Shown: positions 12,901 to 23,978, counted from the first letter of the stretch. The stretch is DNA of 64,000 nucleotides from Hydrolagus colliei (GCA_035084275.1 CM068758.1:5518001-5582000); one strand, 5' to 3'. Numbers and translations: made by a program. The notes: generated by a model from the letters alone, not told the origin.

Positions 12901-15900
12901 CTCCAATTAACCAGGGCTGGAGAGCTTATTTAGTGCTTCATAGCTCATCCCTTGTAAGCAGCTAAGACAGAATCCACCCAAAAATTTTTGAAAGGGAAAT
13001 ATGTAGTTGCTTGAAGAGGAGAATTATTAAACGAGTATGTGGAATGAGCAGGCGAGTGGGATTAGAGGTGTAGATGTCTTTTACAGGAAGCTAGATCTTC
13101 ATAGGAGGGAGAGGGGAAAAGACAGGTATGGAAGGGAGGAAAGGAACTGGAGACTGTTAGGACCGAGTGATCTGTTTCTGTGCTATACATTCTTTGTAGC
13201 GTCGGTGGCTCATGTGGAGAAAATACCCGGGTAAACTCGATGGGCCAATTATTGCTGTAACATTCTATAACTTGCTTTGTTCTGAATTGCTGTGGGACCC
13301 GAGCATCCAATTGTGTTGTGGCAACCAGAGATGTAGACAGTTGACTTGCTGGGTTTTATTCTGTTTGTGTGTCCCTGTTGTCCATGCTTTCTATGTTTGC
13401 TTCTTATATGTAACACCTTTTGAACTTCTTGTGCTCCTGATGTAGCATGCGATAGATTCAGTGTATATTGGTACTACTAGATTGCAAGATCTGTCTCACA
13501 CACAACCTCAGAAGTGAGTGCTTTACCTCATATTACCACATTTTCTATTTCCAATCTGTGGATTGCCAATTTGGTGCTGAAGGGTAGGCTTCTGTGATAA
13601 CCCTCACCAACTAGGAAATGGATTGAAACTGCTCTAGATTTTTTTTCACATTGGACCCGTATCCCAACAGCCTGAGGAGACTGTCATCTCATCAGTCTGG
13701 GCTGACATTAATCTTTATTTCACTTCATTAAAGGCGAAGTGAGGCAAAGGAAAGAACAGAGACCAGGACAGGCGTTCTCAGCCCCACAATGACTGACATT
13801 ATCCACAACTTGGCCCATCACCCTACCCGCTGTCTGGCTCATCAAACAGCGAAAACTATTCAGCTAACAGGAGTGGGTACAGCAAGTACTGATAGCAAAA
13901 TTTAATTTAATGCACATCTGTATTGACTCAAAGCTGCCAATTGAAGAATTTGGCTTCTTCCAAGACAGGTGGGGAGTTGGATCAAATCGGCCAGACACCT
14001 GAAATTGCTTAACTCTATATAGAATTGGCGACTGGCCCCGGCTGGTCACTTAGATCCGCACATTGCCAAGTAAGTTGAAAGCGGGAAGTAGCACCATCAC
14101 TCACTTCAAGTGTCACAAAAAGGAAATGACATTTGCGTGATTCTGACGTGTGAAAGACGCTCCCTGTGGTGAGCGGCTTTTCTCCTGGGAGCCTGTGAAA
14201 CTGAACAAAAGTGTAACCGAACCACTTTAATGGGGGCAATTATGTGCTGGGTGCATTACCGATGCTTTGAAATGCTGTCCCTCAGGAAGGTAGCCAGCTT
14301 TCAAAATGAGCTCCGATACAGTAATTGCAGTGTGGAGCTTAACCCTTTAGATGCTCTGGTTTCTGCCTACATTTTAAATAGGGGTCAGTTCAGCAGCGAT
14401 GTGCTTGGTAATTGGATGGTGGAATTGCCAGGTGTCCTGTCTTTCTCCCACAACGTTCCTTGAACATGCCTAATAATAATATTCCTTGCATTTGATATAG
14501 AGCATTATCCCCTAATTGAGACGTCTTAAAGCGCATCACAGAATATACTGTAAAGTGAATTGACTGTATACCTCGTGGGCTAGCAACTGATGAAGATTTT
14601 GTTTGTCAAATGTAAAACCCCAGAACTTCTTGATGGGTCAATGCACTGTTGTACAATGGGACACACAAACTTTAAAAAGTCATGGGTTGGAATCCTTGGG
14701 TTGCGTTGATTTTCGTTTACTTTGTTTAAAGTGAGGAACAATAGGTTAAGGAGGGATCCTAATGTACATCTGAATAGATACATCCCCACCCAAGTGTGGC
14801 TGTTGTGTCTTCCCCATCAAAGTTGGACAAATGTAGATGTTGGGTGAGGATAAAATAGCATTCAGCTGTAATGCCTGATCAACTAATCTCTCTATGAAAG
14901 AGTAATGGATACTTGTATAAGTGTGGCTGATGACAGTGGGGTGCTAGGACGGAAACTTAGACAAATATAAATAGTGGGGGGGAAATGTAAAAACAGTTAT
15001 TCTTTGCTTTCTGTTTGACTTGGGTACCAGATGCTTCTGTCCTCGAACCAGATTCTTTTTAGATAATAAAACTCCCAGTTTCTCTGGTCTTATTTTGATT
15101 GTTGTTTTTCACCCCCTGGAGAATGGCGGTGTCTGTGCACAACATGATTTGTGGCAACTTCCGAGTGGTTGACCAGAAAAAGGAGAAGCAAACAAAAAAA
15201 AACAGTTTGACATAGACCGTGCCCTCTTAACGGTTCAAAGCGGACCAGCTATAGTGCTATTTAGATACCATGCTAAGTGAATTTGCGCCATTTGCTCTGT
15301 AACTGAATATCCGAAATGGATAGGGATCTCAACGGTAAATGTACCGTAGATTTGGCCAGTGTGCCCCTGTGGTCTCTTGTTTAGCAGATGACGTAATCGC
15401 CACAGGATATATTTTGGTGCTGTTTTTCGTAAATAAATGTGTGTAACAGTTATTTTCTGGTAACTATAAATGTCATCACTCTCGTAAGTGCCTTCATTTG
15501 GAAAAACAAATGGCCCCCAGACTATGTAATGGTGCAAAGGACGTGGATTGCAGCTCATTCTTAATCTGCATCTGTTCTTGGGATTGTTATGGACATTGTT
15601 TATTTTTTCATTCTCTTTTGTTTTGCTGCTAGTGGTGGGTGAGAGCTTGCAGTGTTGGATTCATCATTGTGGATTCATCATTCTTATAATGTAACCACTC
15701 TGAGTTTAAGCCTTATATTTGATTATAGTAAGTATAACACTGTAACTTCTCAAAGCGCTTCACAGAGTCATTTCTGTCAAAATGTAGTGACTGTGTATTT
15801 GTACGAAAACTGGTAGCACATAATGAGGTCCCATAAACAGCCATGAAGTGAACGACCAATGTATCTGGAGGGTTGTTGGCCAGGATGTTCTAGGATCTCA

Positions 15901-18900
15901 TGGGAATTGTGAGAAGGTCAATCAGTTGATGCTTTTTACAGCAACTCAAAAGATACTTCTGGATGTCACTGAAATAACTTTATTGAACGGAAAATTGTAT
16001 TCCGAAATCATACTAAATTATTCATAATGATTCACACAACAACACTAACACGTGGTGACTGAAAGATTAAAGGGAATTAATTCCCTGCTTAACAGGCAGC
16101 TAATTACTGGCTGGGGATGTGTCTGCCTTCAAACTGATGCATTGTTGGCATCTGTGTTCCCGTGGAGTGAAAAATCTACATGTTCCTCAGAACACAACCC
16201 CAAGAGAGCTGGTCATGAAGCAAAATGCTGACGTAACATTTTTGATGACAGAAATAAAACGTCCCATGTTGAGCACATGCATATATAACTGTACCAATCC
16301 AATTCCCACTGGTCTATTGAGTACCTGGCATTTCATTTCACCCATTGAGTACCCAGCCCACTTAATCGTTACTAAATTTCAGCTATTCCGCCAAGTTTTG
16401 GATTATGACTTTAGCTGATGATAGGATTTCTTTGATTTAAAAACATTTGCCTGTTCATTTGACTTGTTTCATTGTGCTTCTGAGATCGCACCCATTCTAC
16501 ACATAGTGTCTAGCTCTATAGCATCCCATTGACGATGGAAATACTGGTGTCTAAACCAAGAATGGGTTTGTATATTTTGGAATTTTTCTACTTTAGGATG
16601 CAGTGTGTCTGATCTTCACAAAGAGCAACATCCACAAGTAATTTACAAGGGAAATGTCAGTTATATGTTTCTGATTTACTTCGCCCACTTTTTTCTCCCT
16701 CATGAGAACAACTATTCCTCCCATGAGCAGGGAAGCAAGACAAATATGAGTATTCAGAGACTATCCAGAAAAAATAATAATGATTGTAATAATAGAATCC
16801 CTTCAAAAGGAACAAATAAATCAACATTTCCCCCCCAAATGTTACCATGAATAATATCAATGCTAATTGCGATTGACACATCGGCTTGATATATTCAAGG
16901 GCTGAGAAGCAACTCAAATGGTTGTTAACATATTGATTATCTCCAGGTTGTTTATTTCAAACTATAAACTTGTGAAACATTTGTTCCAACAGAATGTGAC
17001 AATTCTTCTGCCTCTTGGCTGGTGAGTGTGTTTGGTTGTCCATGCAGTTAGTTTTGTTGTAGATTAAAATATCTAGACTTTGATGAATATGAACTTCATA
17101 TGACCCAACACATTTAAAAGATATACATATATTTTGTAGCAGTGTTAATTCTTTTTCATCTTAGAAAACCGTTGCTTAGAACAAGAGAGACTCCATTCAC
17201 AGAGAGACTCATTGTAATGAATTCGGAAGTTAAGTGCACATATGAGTACTGTTCTGGTCTGAGACATTAAGATGCAGTGCATTGGCTGCAGTTCTAAAGA
17301 ATGACATTTGATCAAAATGCATCTTTGGCTAATGGCCATGGGTTAACCATGTTCAAATGCCTTTAATGTTTCCTTTAAGTGTGTCATTAACCACCTTTAA
17401 AAGTGATTGTGTAATGCTTTCCTTTGGTTAATTATATAATTAACTGCATCTATGAGTGTTTGAATATGCTTAGCCTATGGGCTATTACTCCAACTCACAT
17501 TGTGGACCTCACTATTCTTTTCAGTGTACAGTACTGTATATAAAAAACACAGAAAAATGATTAGAGGAGAAATGATCATGGTACTAATAAACCAACATAA
17601 TGTTGTGTCAAAGAATTGGAGACTGAGGTGAGAGAAAGATGAGTTTTATCTTGAATCTTCTCCAGGAATACAAGAGCCTCCTCATATATGAAAGCAGCAA
17701 TAATGGGTGGAGCCATCCTTGGCAATTATGAATCACTAAACTGTAGGATTGCACAACACTATCTTAGAGAAACAGTAGGTCTAGTTTGACTCTGGCCAAA
17801 TTCATTTTACTTGGCACAGTTTATTTGTTAGCTTGGATTGAAATGGAGAAACACTACTTATTTATCTTTCAATTATCCATTCCTCTTTGGGTCAGGCAAT
17901 CTGTCTGCATGCTTAATGTTTTCAGATTGCCAGCATTGACTATAACTTTCTAACTTGTTCCATTGCATTTTACGAAAGAATGAATAATTACGAACTTTCA
18001 TTTATGATAGCACTGTTTTGATTATTTTTCTAAGAAACCATGACTGTCTTTTTCTACCAAAAAATGTCCCACAAACAGCTATGAGATGAATGATTGATTA
18101 ATCCAAATAATAATTGGCCACGAGTCTGGGACCACCTTCACTTTTTAAAAAAATCAAATAGTGTCAGAGGGATCTTTAATAAGAGCTGAGGAACAGACAG
18201 ATTTGACCTCAGTTCTTATCTGAAAGATGGTAACTCCAAAATTGCAGCTCCCCAGTACTGCACTGGCACATCATCAAAGGCTATGGGATCACTTCATGGA
18301 GTTTAAACCTACAGCCTTCTGACCTAGAGATGAGAGCGCAACCCACTGAGCCAGGCTGACTACTTGCAGTTGAGTGGCAAATGGAGCAGCTGAATGTTCT
18401 GTAGATTCAGGTATATTTTGGGACAATATAGACTACTTATATTTGAATATCTGAGAAGTATACTGTATATTTAATATATTTCCCAAATTGTAATTTAGTT
18501 AATAGGTGCTTCTAGATGAGAACATTTGCTTCATGATTCATAACAACTGCTGTGTTGACACTAACGGTTCTATTGCACGCAGTGTTGCGTCATTTTCTTT
18601 CTTGTTTGAACGGATAGTGATTGAATAAACCTGTCTCGTAAATAATGCCTTTGCAGTACAGTTAAAGATGCCCCGAACAAATTTACAACCAAAATTTCAC
18701 ATGCCCTATTGATGGGAATGTTTGGACACTGCAAAGGCAAATCAGCAGTGGAAAGGTTATGGGCAAATCATTTGGTCCCAGGCCATTATTTTAATTCAAT
18801 TTGTTCTTGATGAGATCAGTTTTTGAAATTCTTCTCCATTGCAGTAGCTCAGTTGGTTACAGATAAGATCATTTTTTTTGTTCACGTTATTTTCTTGTGC

Positions 18901-21900
18901 ACAGTTTGGGGAGTAATCTAATTTGAATTAAGTGGCACTTTGAAAACCAGCCTTATTGGGTCTGTGGAATCTCGCCTTGGGGTGTTTATATGCAAGTCTG
19001 CTTGTCTATAAGTCTAAACACATTTGCTTTTTGTAATCATGCTAAAAGCCTTCAACAAGGTTAGACTTGGCAGTCTTCCCCCACTTTTTTAAATATAAAT
19101 CTATTGGGTAAAGCTGCTGAATATTTATCTAATCTTCATTTAACAGAGATTATTGCTGCCAGGAGAGGTGCTCTTCAATGCAATGCCCCCTTGAGTTCTG
19201 CCACTGCAAGTGTCTAAACAACAACAACAAAATTACATTTGTATAAATGCCCATGTGGCAGAAGGGATCTCTGCCCTCAATCTTATACAGAGAGCTGACA
19301 TTTGAAACTGGAAGCCACTTGCGGAATGAATAGTATAGATGATATTTGGTAGAAGTATTATCCATATTGCTCGGGAAGGTCCCTGGTTTGATCACTGGTT
19401 GACATTGAGCTAATTGACCTCTGCTGAGATAGCATTGGGTGTAGGTGGGTTAGTAATATTTGCAAATCAGTTTGGGTTTATGTTTCTGAATGCTATCCAG
19501 CACTCCGCCCCCCCCCCCCCCCCCCCCCCCCACTGCCCGCCCAATAGAATATGTACATGTGGATTAAACACAAAATACTGCAGATGCCTGGAAACAAAAG
19601 TAGAAATCGCTGGGAACACTCAGTAGGTCAAGCAGCATCTATGGAGAAAAGAAAGTGATGAACTATTCTGACGAAGGGTCATGGATCTGAAACGTTGACT
19701 CACTTTCCTTTCTCTATAGATGCTGAATGACCTGCTGAGTGTTCCCAGTGATTTCTGGTTACGTGTATGTGGATTTCAGGTTCATTTGTGATGCTTCAAG
19801 GAACTGTGTGTATCTCCCCGCATTTACCCATTCTGGTTCAAATATCAGTTATCTTCCCATGAATAACATGTTGGATCACAATTAGTCCCGAGTTAATCAA
19901 GGGAGGACAAACCTTGAAAACCCTGATCATCAACTTACGTGGAAACCCCACGCACAATCTGCTTTTATTTTGAGGAGTGGGATATTAATATAAAATAGCC
20001 AACATTTTGTTTGGAACTTGGAAGAATAATCAGTTGCTGTGTTTTTAAGATTTGGAAGAATGATATCACCAGAGCTGGAGCTTTGGATCAGGCTTGGTTT
20101 GATTGAACGTTTAAAAAGCGGACTTTTGACTTTCAGGTCGATTATGGTGAAATCATGCAGGTAGTTCTGTGCTCGAGGACTCTGCTTGCTCCATTGCTGC
20201 CATCATAACAGTCATCATTTACCTTTTTCTCTGTATTCCTTAATACTGTAGCACTATTTGCCAAATATCCACCCATCTCTCTTTTAAACGTTGCTTGTGC
20301 ATTTATGGGCTTTCATGGAATGCAATCCATGTTCACCAACCCTCTGTGTGAGGAATTCTTTACCAGTTTGATTCTAAGTATTGGGAGGGGAAGAAATGTG
20401 CTGTGTTGGGGTCATTAAGGCAGAGAATGCATGTAAACATTGAATGCTGGGAATGAGTCCCAGGTGCATAGCATTTTTATTTTTGGAGCAGTGTTATTCT
20501 CATTTTCTATTGAGTTCCTCTGTATAGCATATTACTCAGGGCTAAAGTTGAGACTAGTTCAGCCCTGATACATTTTGCAGTTAATTTGCCAGGAAACTTT
20601 GGGCTCGAATCAGGATTGCAGCAAAAGGCAAGTTTTAAAATTCTTTCCCCAGGATTATTAATCACTCAAAACCCAAAAAAGGACAATTAAAAAGTTCCTC
20701 AAGGAAGGAATTTGGGGCAAAGAAATTCCTCTTGCTGCTCAGTTTGAAAATATGTGTTTTGCAATGTTGAAACCACATTCAGTGCACACCTTATCAAGAT
20801 TGCTACATTGAACCACACAAGGAATTTCTCACCCTTGATCTTTCAACGTAGGTTGTCTGAAGGTGAAATTAAATAGTAGATTTCATTACAATTTCTGCTC
20901 CGAGCATTAAATGCACAGATATTAAATATTTCACATTTGGACTAGAATTCTGTATGATGGGAAGAGGAATTCAGTATGATAGTGAATGAAATGGATTGAT
21001 CCAGTGAAATAATGTGCAGTGGTAATGAATGAGAAGGTCTGATAATAATGATCTTTGCATAGTATTGTAATATTAAAAGTGTCCCAGGTGCTTCACAGGG
21101 AAACACTTTCAAGTGGAGTGACTATTTGTAGGCAAATGTGGGACCTATTTGTGGGTTCCACAAACAACTATGAATTGAATGACCAATTTTGTATGATGGA
21201 TTGTTGGCCATGCTCTGTTTTTTTATTGTATTCTGGGATTTTTTTACATCCATCTAACCTTCTGACCCAGAGTAAGAGTGCCACTAACTGAACCAAGCTG
21301 ATGTTTGATGTACAGTATATGAATTATATACAATATGAGTGGTTGAGAAGAATGCATTTACATGTAATAATAATCCTTGCTTTTGATATAGCGCCTTATC
21401 ACGTCAGTTTACTTAATTCAATATGAGTGGAAGTACTAAAAATAGAAAGGGGTTTGATCTAATGCAATACTCTACAATGGGGAAATAGGACTTCAAAAAG
21501 CACAGGCTGAATCGCTGCTGGTGCTGTGCATTTCTTTCATTCTATGGGAGTAAATTAAATATGTCTGATGCTTGAATTTCTGTATATGGATAAGACTTCT
21601 ATCTAATCAAGCAATTGTTTACCTGACTTTGATATTCTATTACTACATCACTGAGACATCTAGAAGACGTGAAAAGCGCTATATCAAATGCAAGGATTAC
21701 TATTATTATCATACTCTGGTAGGAATTACCCAGCACAGGCAAAAGACCCCCTTTTACTCTGGAAAAAGAACCTGTTCCTTGTTGCTTAACATCTACCCAT
21801 GGAGTATGCCATTCCGGATGTTAACAGTGATGCACACATTGTATCTTAATGGGAGGGTGAGCTGCCTCTAGACTTGTTTGAAGCCTTTGCTCTCCAACTA

Positions 21901-23978
21901 TGCAAATGCAGAGTATCTGGGTGGCAATCAGGAGTCTCTTTAAGCAGCGGAATGGAGCAGTGAAGCTCAGTGCCCAAATGCAGATTATTAAGTGATTTTC
22001 AGCTCCATATTATCAGCACATGAACTAAGCGGTTACAGCTCGATAGTCCGAAGGTTCATTAGTCCGAAGCTTCCCCTAACCCTAACTGTAACCCTAACTC
22101 TAACCCTAACATTTGGACTAATGAACCTTCAGACTATCGCACCAAATGTTCGGATTAACAAACTTTATTTTCGGACTATCGAGCGGTAACCACGGTAACC
22201 GCCCCGGGTATAGGAAATTTGTGTGTTCGGACTATCGAACCTTTGGACTATCGAACCTTCGGACTGTCGAGTGCCATCCAACTAAGCAAGCACAGTGCAG
22301 TTTTGCTCACCTAATTCCTCCCTGATGAATGTTTACACAAAGGTAACTTTTATGAATGGAATTAAACTGTTTGTGATGAGATACCTAACATTTATAAAAT
22401 AGTTTCCTCCTTACTTAACTCGTGTCTAATTTTTTTAATTTCCTTTTTCCTGGCTGATCTTCTGTCCTCTCTGCTATTTCACCAATCATTCTTTCAATGC
22501 CTTTGCTCCGCGCTCTCGCTCTGTTTTTCTCTGGCTGCCTATATCTTTCTATCTCAAAGTTCCTTATGTTACTCCCTACCAGGACTTCTGCAATGATTCT
22601 CCCCCTGTCTGGCCTCCACACAGTGCTGCAGTGCTACATATGGGGCAGGATAATGAGTCATGTGTCAAAGTGTGTCAGAGAGCAGCTTTAATCTGTGAGC
22701 CAGCATTCTTCTACTATATCAACAGCATCAAAACCTTCTCCAAGTGAGTACTCACTCTAAAGACTACACATCCCAGCCATATGATTTCCTTTATTGACTC
22801 TGTGCACAGTTATTCTTGGGCCAAGCAGAGTATGCACCATCTGAAACATATATTTTTCAATATCTCAATAATCAGACCATCTTAATTCTATTAAAGGCTT
22901 GGTTTTGCTTGTCTATCATTTTCAGTTAAAGCTTTCCCCTGAACCTAAAGCTGGACAGTCCTTTCCAATTGTTGGCTATTATTTTTTATATGCTTAAAGT
23001 GAAATCCTTATCAGGTCTCATGTGGTTTATGGAGCAAAAGCTCTTAACCTTTAATTGGTTGTAGTTATCAAAACATGTTCAATATACTTACTCCCTCAGA
23101 GCTATTATATAACGCGCACAGCTAAACCCTAGTCATACCAAAAGTAAAAAATCAACCATATAGATTGCACATTTAAATTGACTTTGCGACTGATGCATGA
23201 AAGCAGCCAAGGAGAATACAATGAGATGCATGCATAGTATCATCTTTGGCTGGACCGATGGGACATCAGTCATTCTGCTCCAGCATGGCAAGTACAAACT
23301 GATTGCATGCTGACTGGCCCGGGTAGGAGGAGGCTCAATTCGAAGCGGTCTCATGTGCCACCTACTGGCTGGTTTAGGCCAGTGGGCAAATACAATACAA
23401 ATGGTCTTCACTGGACTCCGTGAGAAGGAATGAGCTAGGAGAGCAACATCGTAAACTGGAGTCCTAGGCCATGAACAGAGATGTCTCAGGGAGGCCCTGC
23501 ACTGTGGTGGTGGCCTGCACTCTGGCTCTCATGTCACCCCATGCACAGTAATTTCCCAATCTTTGCTTTTGTGAGGCATGGCATTTGGAAAGATTTTTTG
23601 TATATTCTAGTGGAGAGACGAAGAGCAGCAGGCACATTGTGATATCTGGCTTGGCACCCAACATGACATGTCACTGGTATGCTCTGTCTCATTCTTTGTT
23701 ATGTTGGGTAGTTCCTATTATGACTTGTGAACATTGAATAATTCCATATTTGTTTTCCTACTATCTCTCCCACTGCATTTAGCTTGGGCCTTACCTGTAA
23801 CCGCACGCTGACCAGCGTTAACCACTTGTTCCCTGCGTACGAGGCCACCCGCAAACAGTGCTATCTCGCAAGTGATCACCTCTATAGTTGCGCCGGATCA
23901 CTCGCTAAATACAGAAGGCTCTGTCCTTGTAGGAATTACCGGGAAGGGCAAACTGCGCTCTGCAAAGAATGCCTCTGA
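777..23978 (+). CDS. MGAT5B: MGAT5B-like alpha-1,6-mannosylglycoprotein 6-beta-N-acetylglucosaminyltransferase (GnT-V/GnT-IX family, GT18), 5'-partial; join(777..908,2147..2280,5497..5627,6319..6474,8482..8628,9199..9315,10549..10623,22583..22743,23783..23978)
   Basis: Nine GT-AG-bounded exons splice in frame (1249 nt = 1 nt + 415 codons + TGA). Motifs CRFRVIDSFGTEP, MFPHTPDNSFMGFVSEEL, GFPYEGPAPLEAIA, PYEFTCEGMLER and YRRLCPCRNYREGQTALCKECL* match MGAT5/MGAT5B from memory. Orthology to MGAT5B is not proven. Confidence 0.93.
2147..2280 (+). CDS. MGAT5B: MGAT5B-like coding exon (CRFRVIDSFGTEPYFNHRNYANLHGFRTIWGSWNLQPQQYMTMF)
   Basis: Acceptor tttcag|G and donor C|gtgagt. Phase matches both neighbouring exons; DSFGTEP and WGxWNL are conserved. 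Confidence 0.95.
5124..5268 (+). mobile_element. 5'-truncated tRNA-SINE copy with (ATT)n tail
   Basis: caattggctgcc...gtgaagcactttgagac...gcgctatatcaaatgcaaggattattattatt. Other partial copies at about 6030-6115, 9405-9520, 14471-14580, 21364-21410, 21650-21710, 27289-27390, 31455-31628, 44843-44950 and 45883-45945. Confidence 0.85.
5497..5627 (+). CDS. MGAT5B: MGAT5B-like coding exon (PHTPDNSFMGFVSEELDEAEKRETKAQKGQNLAVVYGKQDYMWQ)
   Basis: Acceptor ctgcag|CT and donor CAG|gtagtg. Conserved HTPDNSFMGFV and AVVYGK. Confidence 0.95.
6319..6474 (+). CDS. MGAT5B: MGAT5B-like coding exon (DMDDYLETINKVMEIHGTVYDDPERETRIPSFVINHGVLSQDNLQQLLKKAK)
   Basis: Acceptor tcttatag|GAT and donor AAG|gtaatt. 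Conserved MEIHGTV, NHG and QQLLxKAK. Confidence 0.95.
7790..7945 (-). mobile_element. Deu-domain SINE fragment (SacSINE/AmnSINE-like)
   Basis: gcagcactctccactactgcactg motif shared with the copies at about 18000-18360 and 62830-63160. Confidence 0.55.
8034..8232 (-). mobile_element. Penelope-derived non-autonomous repeat, single arm
   Basis: Same arm sequence (actcagcaggtcaggcagcatctatggaga) as the 19566 and 34042 elements. The minus strand has a degenerate hammerhead core, CTGATGA-AAGGTCGTGGACCC-AAAAC. Confidence 0.7.
8482..8628 (+). CDS. MGAT5B: MGAT5B-like coding exon (LFVGMGFPYEGPAPLEAIAHGCVFIQPRFTPAHSSRNNAFYNGKPTLRE)
   Basis: Acceptor ttttgtag|CTG and donor GAG|gtactt. Contains the GT-B donor-binding motif FPYEGPAPLEAIA. 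Confidence 0.96.
8816..9050 (-). mobile_element. L2 LINE 3' region fragment
   Basis: Reverse translation gives FKSTHSLAPPYL and IGSHAFSHYAP, typical of the L2 ORF2 C-terminus. Related pieces at about 12000-12250, 28360-28450, 44370-44620 and 61050-61265. Confidence 0.75.
9199..9315 (+). CDS. MGAT5B: MGAT5B-like coding exon (VRSQHPYTEEYIGMPHVWTVNITNATEVLEAVNSALAVE)
   Basis: Acceptor ttccag|GTC and donor GAG|gttaac (weak consensus). 39 codons containing SQHPY and PHVWTV. Confidence 0.92.
9750..10100 (-). mobile_element. Ancient SINE-like repeat (second family)
   Basis: Head ggctctattggtagagc...aggtcctaggttt on the minus strand. Related head or body fragments at about 12840-12930, 14760-14990, 19330-19830, 35860-36070, 37150-37460, 48490-48700 and 49600-49810 (ttggctgtgatgccc / ctgccaaca / ttgggtgaggtac). 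Confidence 0.5.
10549..10623 (+). CDS. MGAT5B: MGAT5B-like coding exon (VEPYTPYEFTCEGMLERVFAYITHQ)
   Basis: Acceptor cgtttag|GTG and donor CAG|gtatgt. Conserved PYEFTCEGMLER. Confidence 0.95.
17995..18362 (-). mobile_element. Near full-length Deu-domain SINE (SacSINE1/AmnSINE1-like)
   Basis: Minus-strand head gtcagcctggctcagtggg...aggctgtaggtttaaactcc, Deu core cagtactgcactgg, body ccacaaacagc. More decayed copies at about 15715-15900, 21052-21300, 40075-40140 and 57400-57620. Confidence 0.65.
19566..19760. mobile_element. Palindromic Penelope-derived element with central minimal hammerhead-like motif
   Basis: Inverted arms of about 55 bp, core CTGACGA...GAAACGTT at 19668-19696, and flanking direct repeat ATGTGGATT at 19557-19565 and 19767-19775. 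Confidence 0.75.
22031..22279. mobile_element. Non-autonomous foldback DNA transposon (GG...CC termini, 8-bp TSD) with internal 16-bp repeats and a (CCCTAA)n-like tract
   Basis: Perfect TSD AACTAAGC at 22023-22030 and 22280-22287. Imperfect TIRs share CTCGAYAGTCCGAAGGTTC. CpGs are largely retained. Confidence 0.8.
22583..22743 (+). CDS. MGAT5B: MGAT5B-like coding exon (DFCNDSPPVWPPHSAAVLHMGQDNESCVKVCQRAALICEPAFFYYINSIKTFS)
   Basis: Acceptor ccctaccag|GAC after a long pyrimidine tract and donor AA|gtgagt. Conserved DFC, WPP and LICEPxFF. Confidence 0.94.
23783..23978 (+). CDS. MGAT5B: MGAT5B-like terminal coding exon (LGLTCNRT...YRRLCPCRNYREGQTALCKECL*)
   Basis: Acceptor gcatttag|C and TGA at 23976-23978. 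Cys-rich C-terminus typical of the family (CPCR..GQxALCxxCL). Confidence 0.96.

Noticed and set aside
19506-19531. Long C run, and G runs near 58078
   Set aside because: Simple homopolymers with no supporting context.
22074-22110. Interstitial telomere or chromosome fusion site
   Set aside because: Only about six degenerate hexamers, all internal to the transposon.
22226-22270. CRISPR-like short repeats
   Set aside because: The 16-bp units are directly adjacent with no unique spacers, lie inside a TSD-flanked transposon, and the context is eukaryotic.
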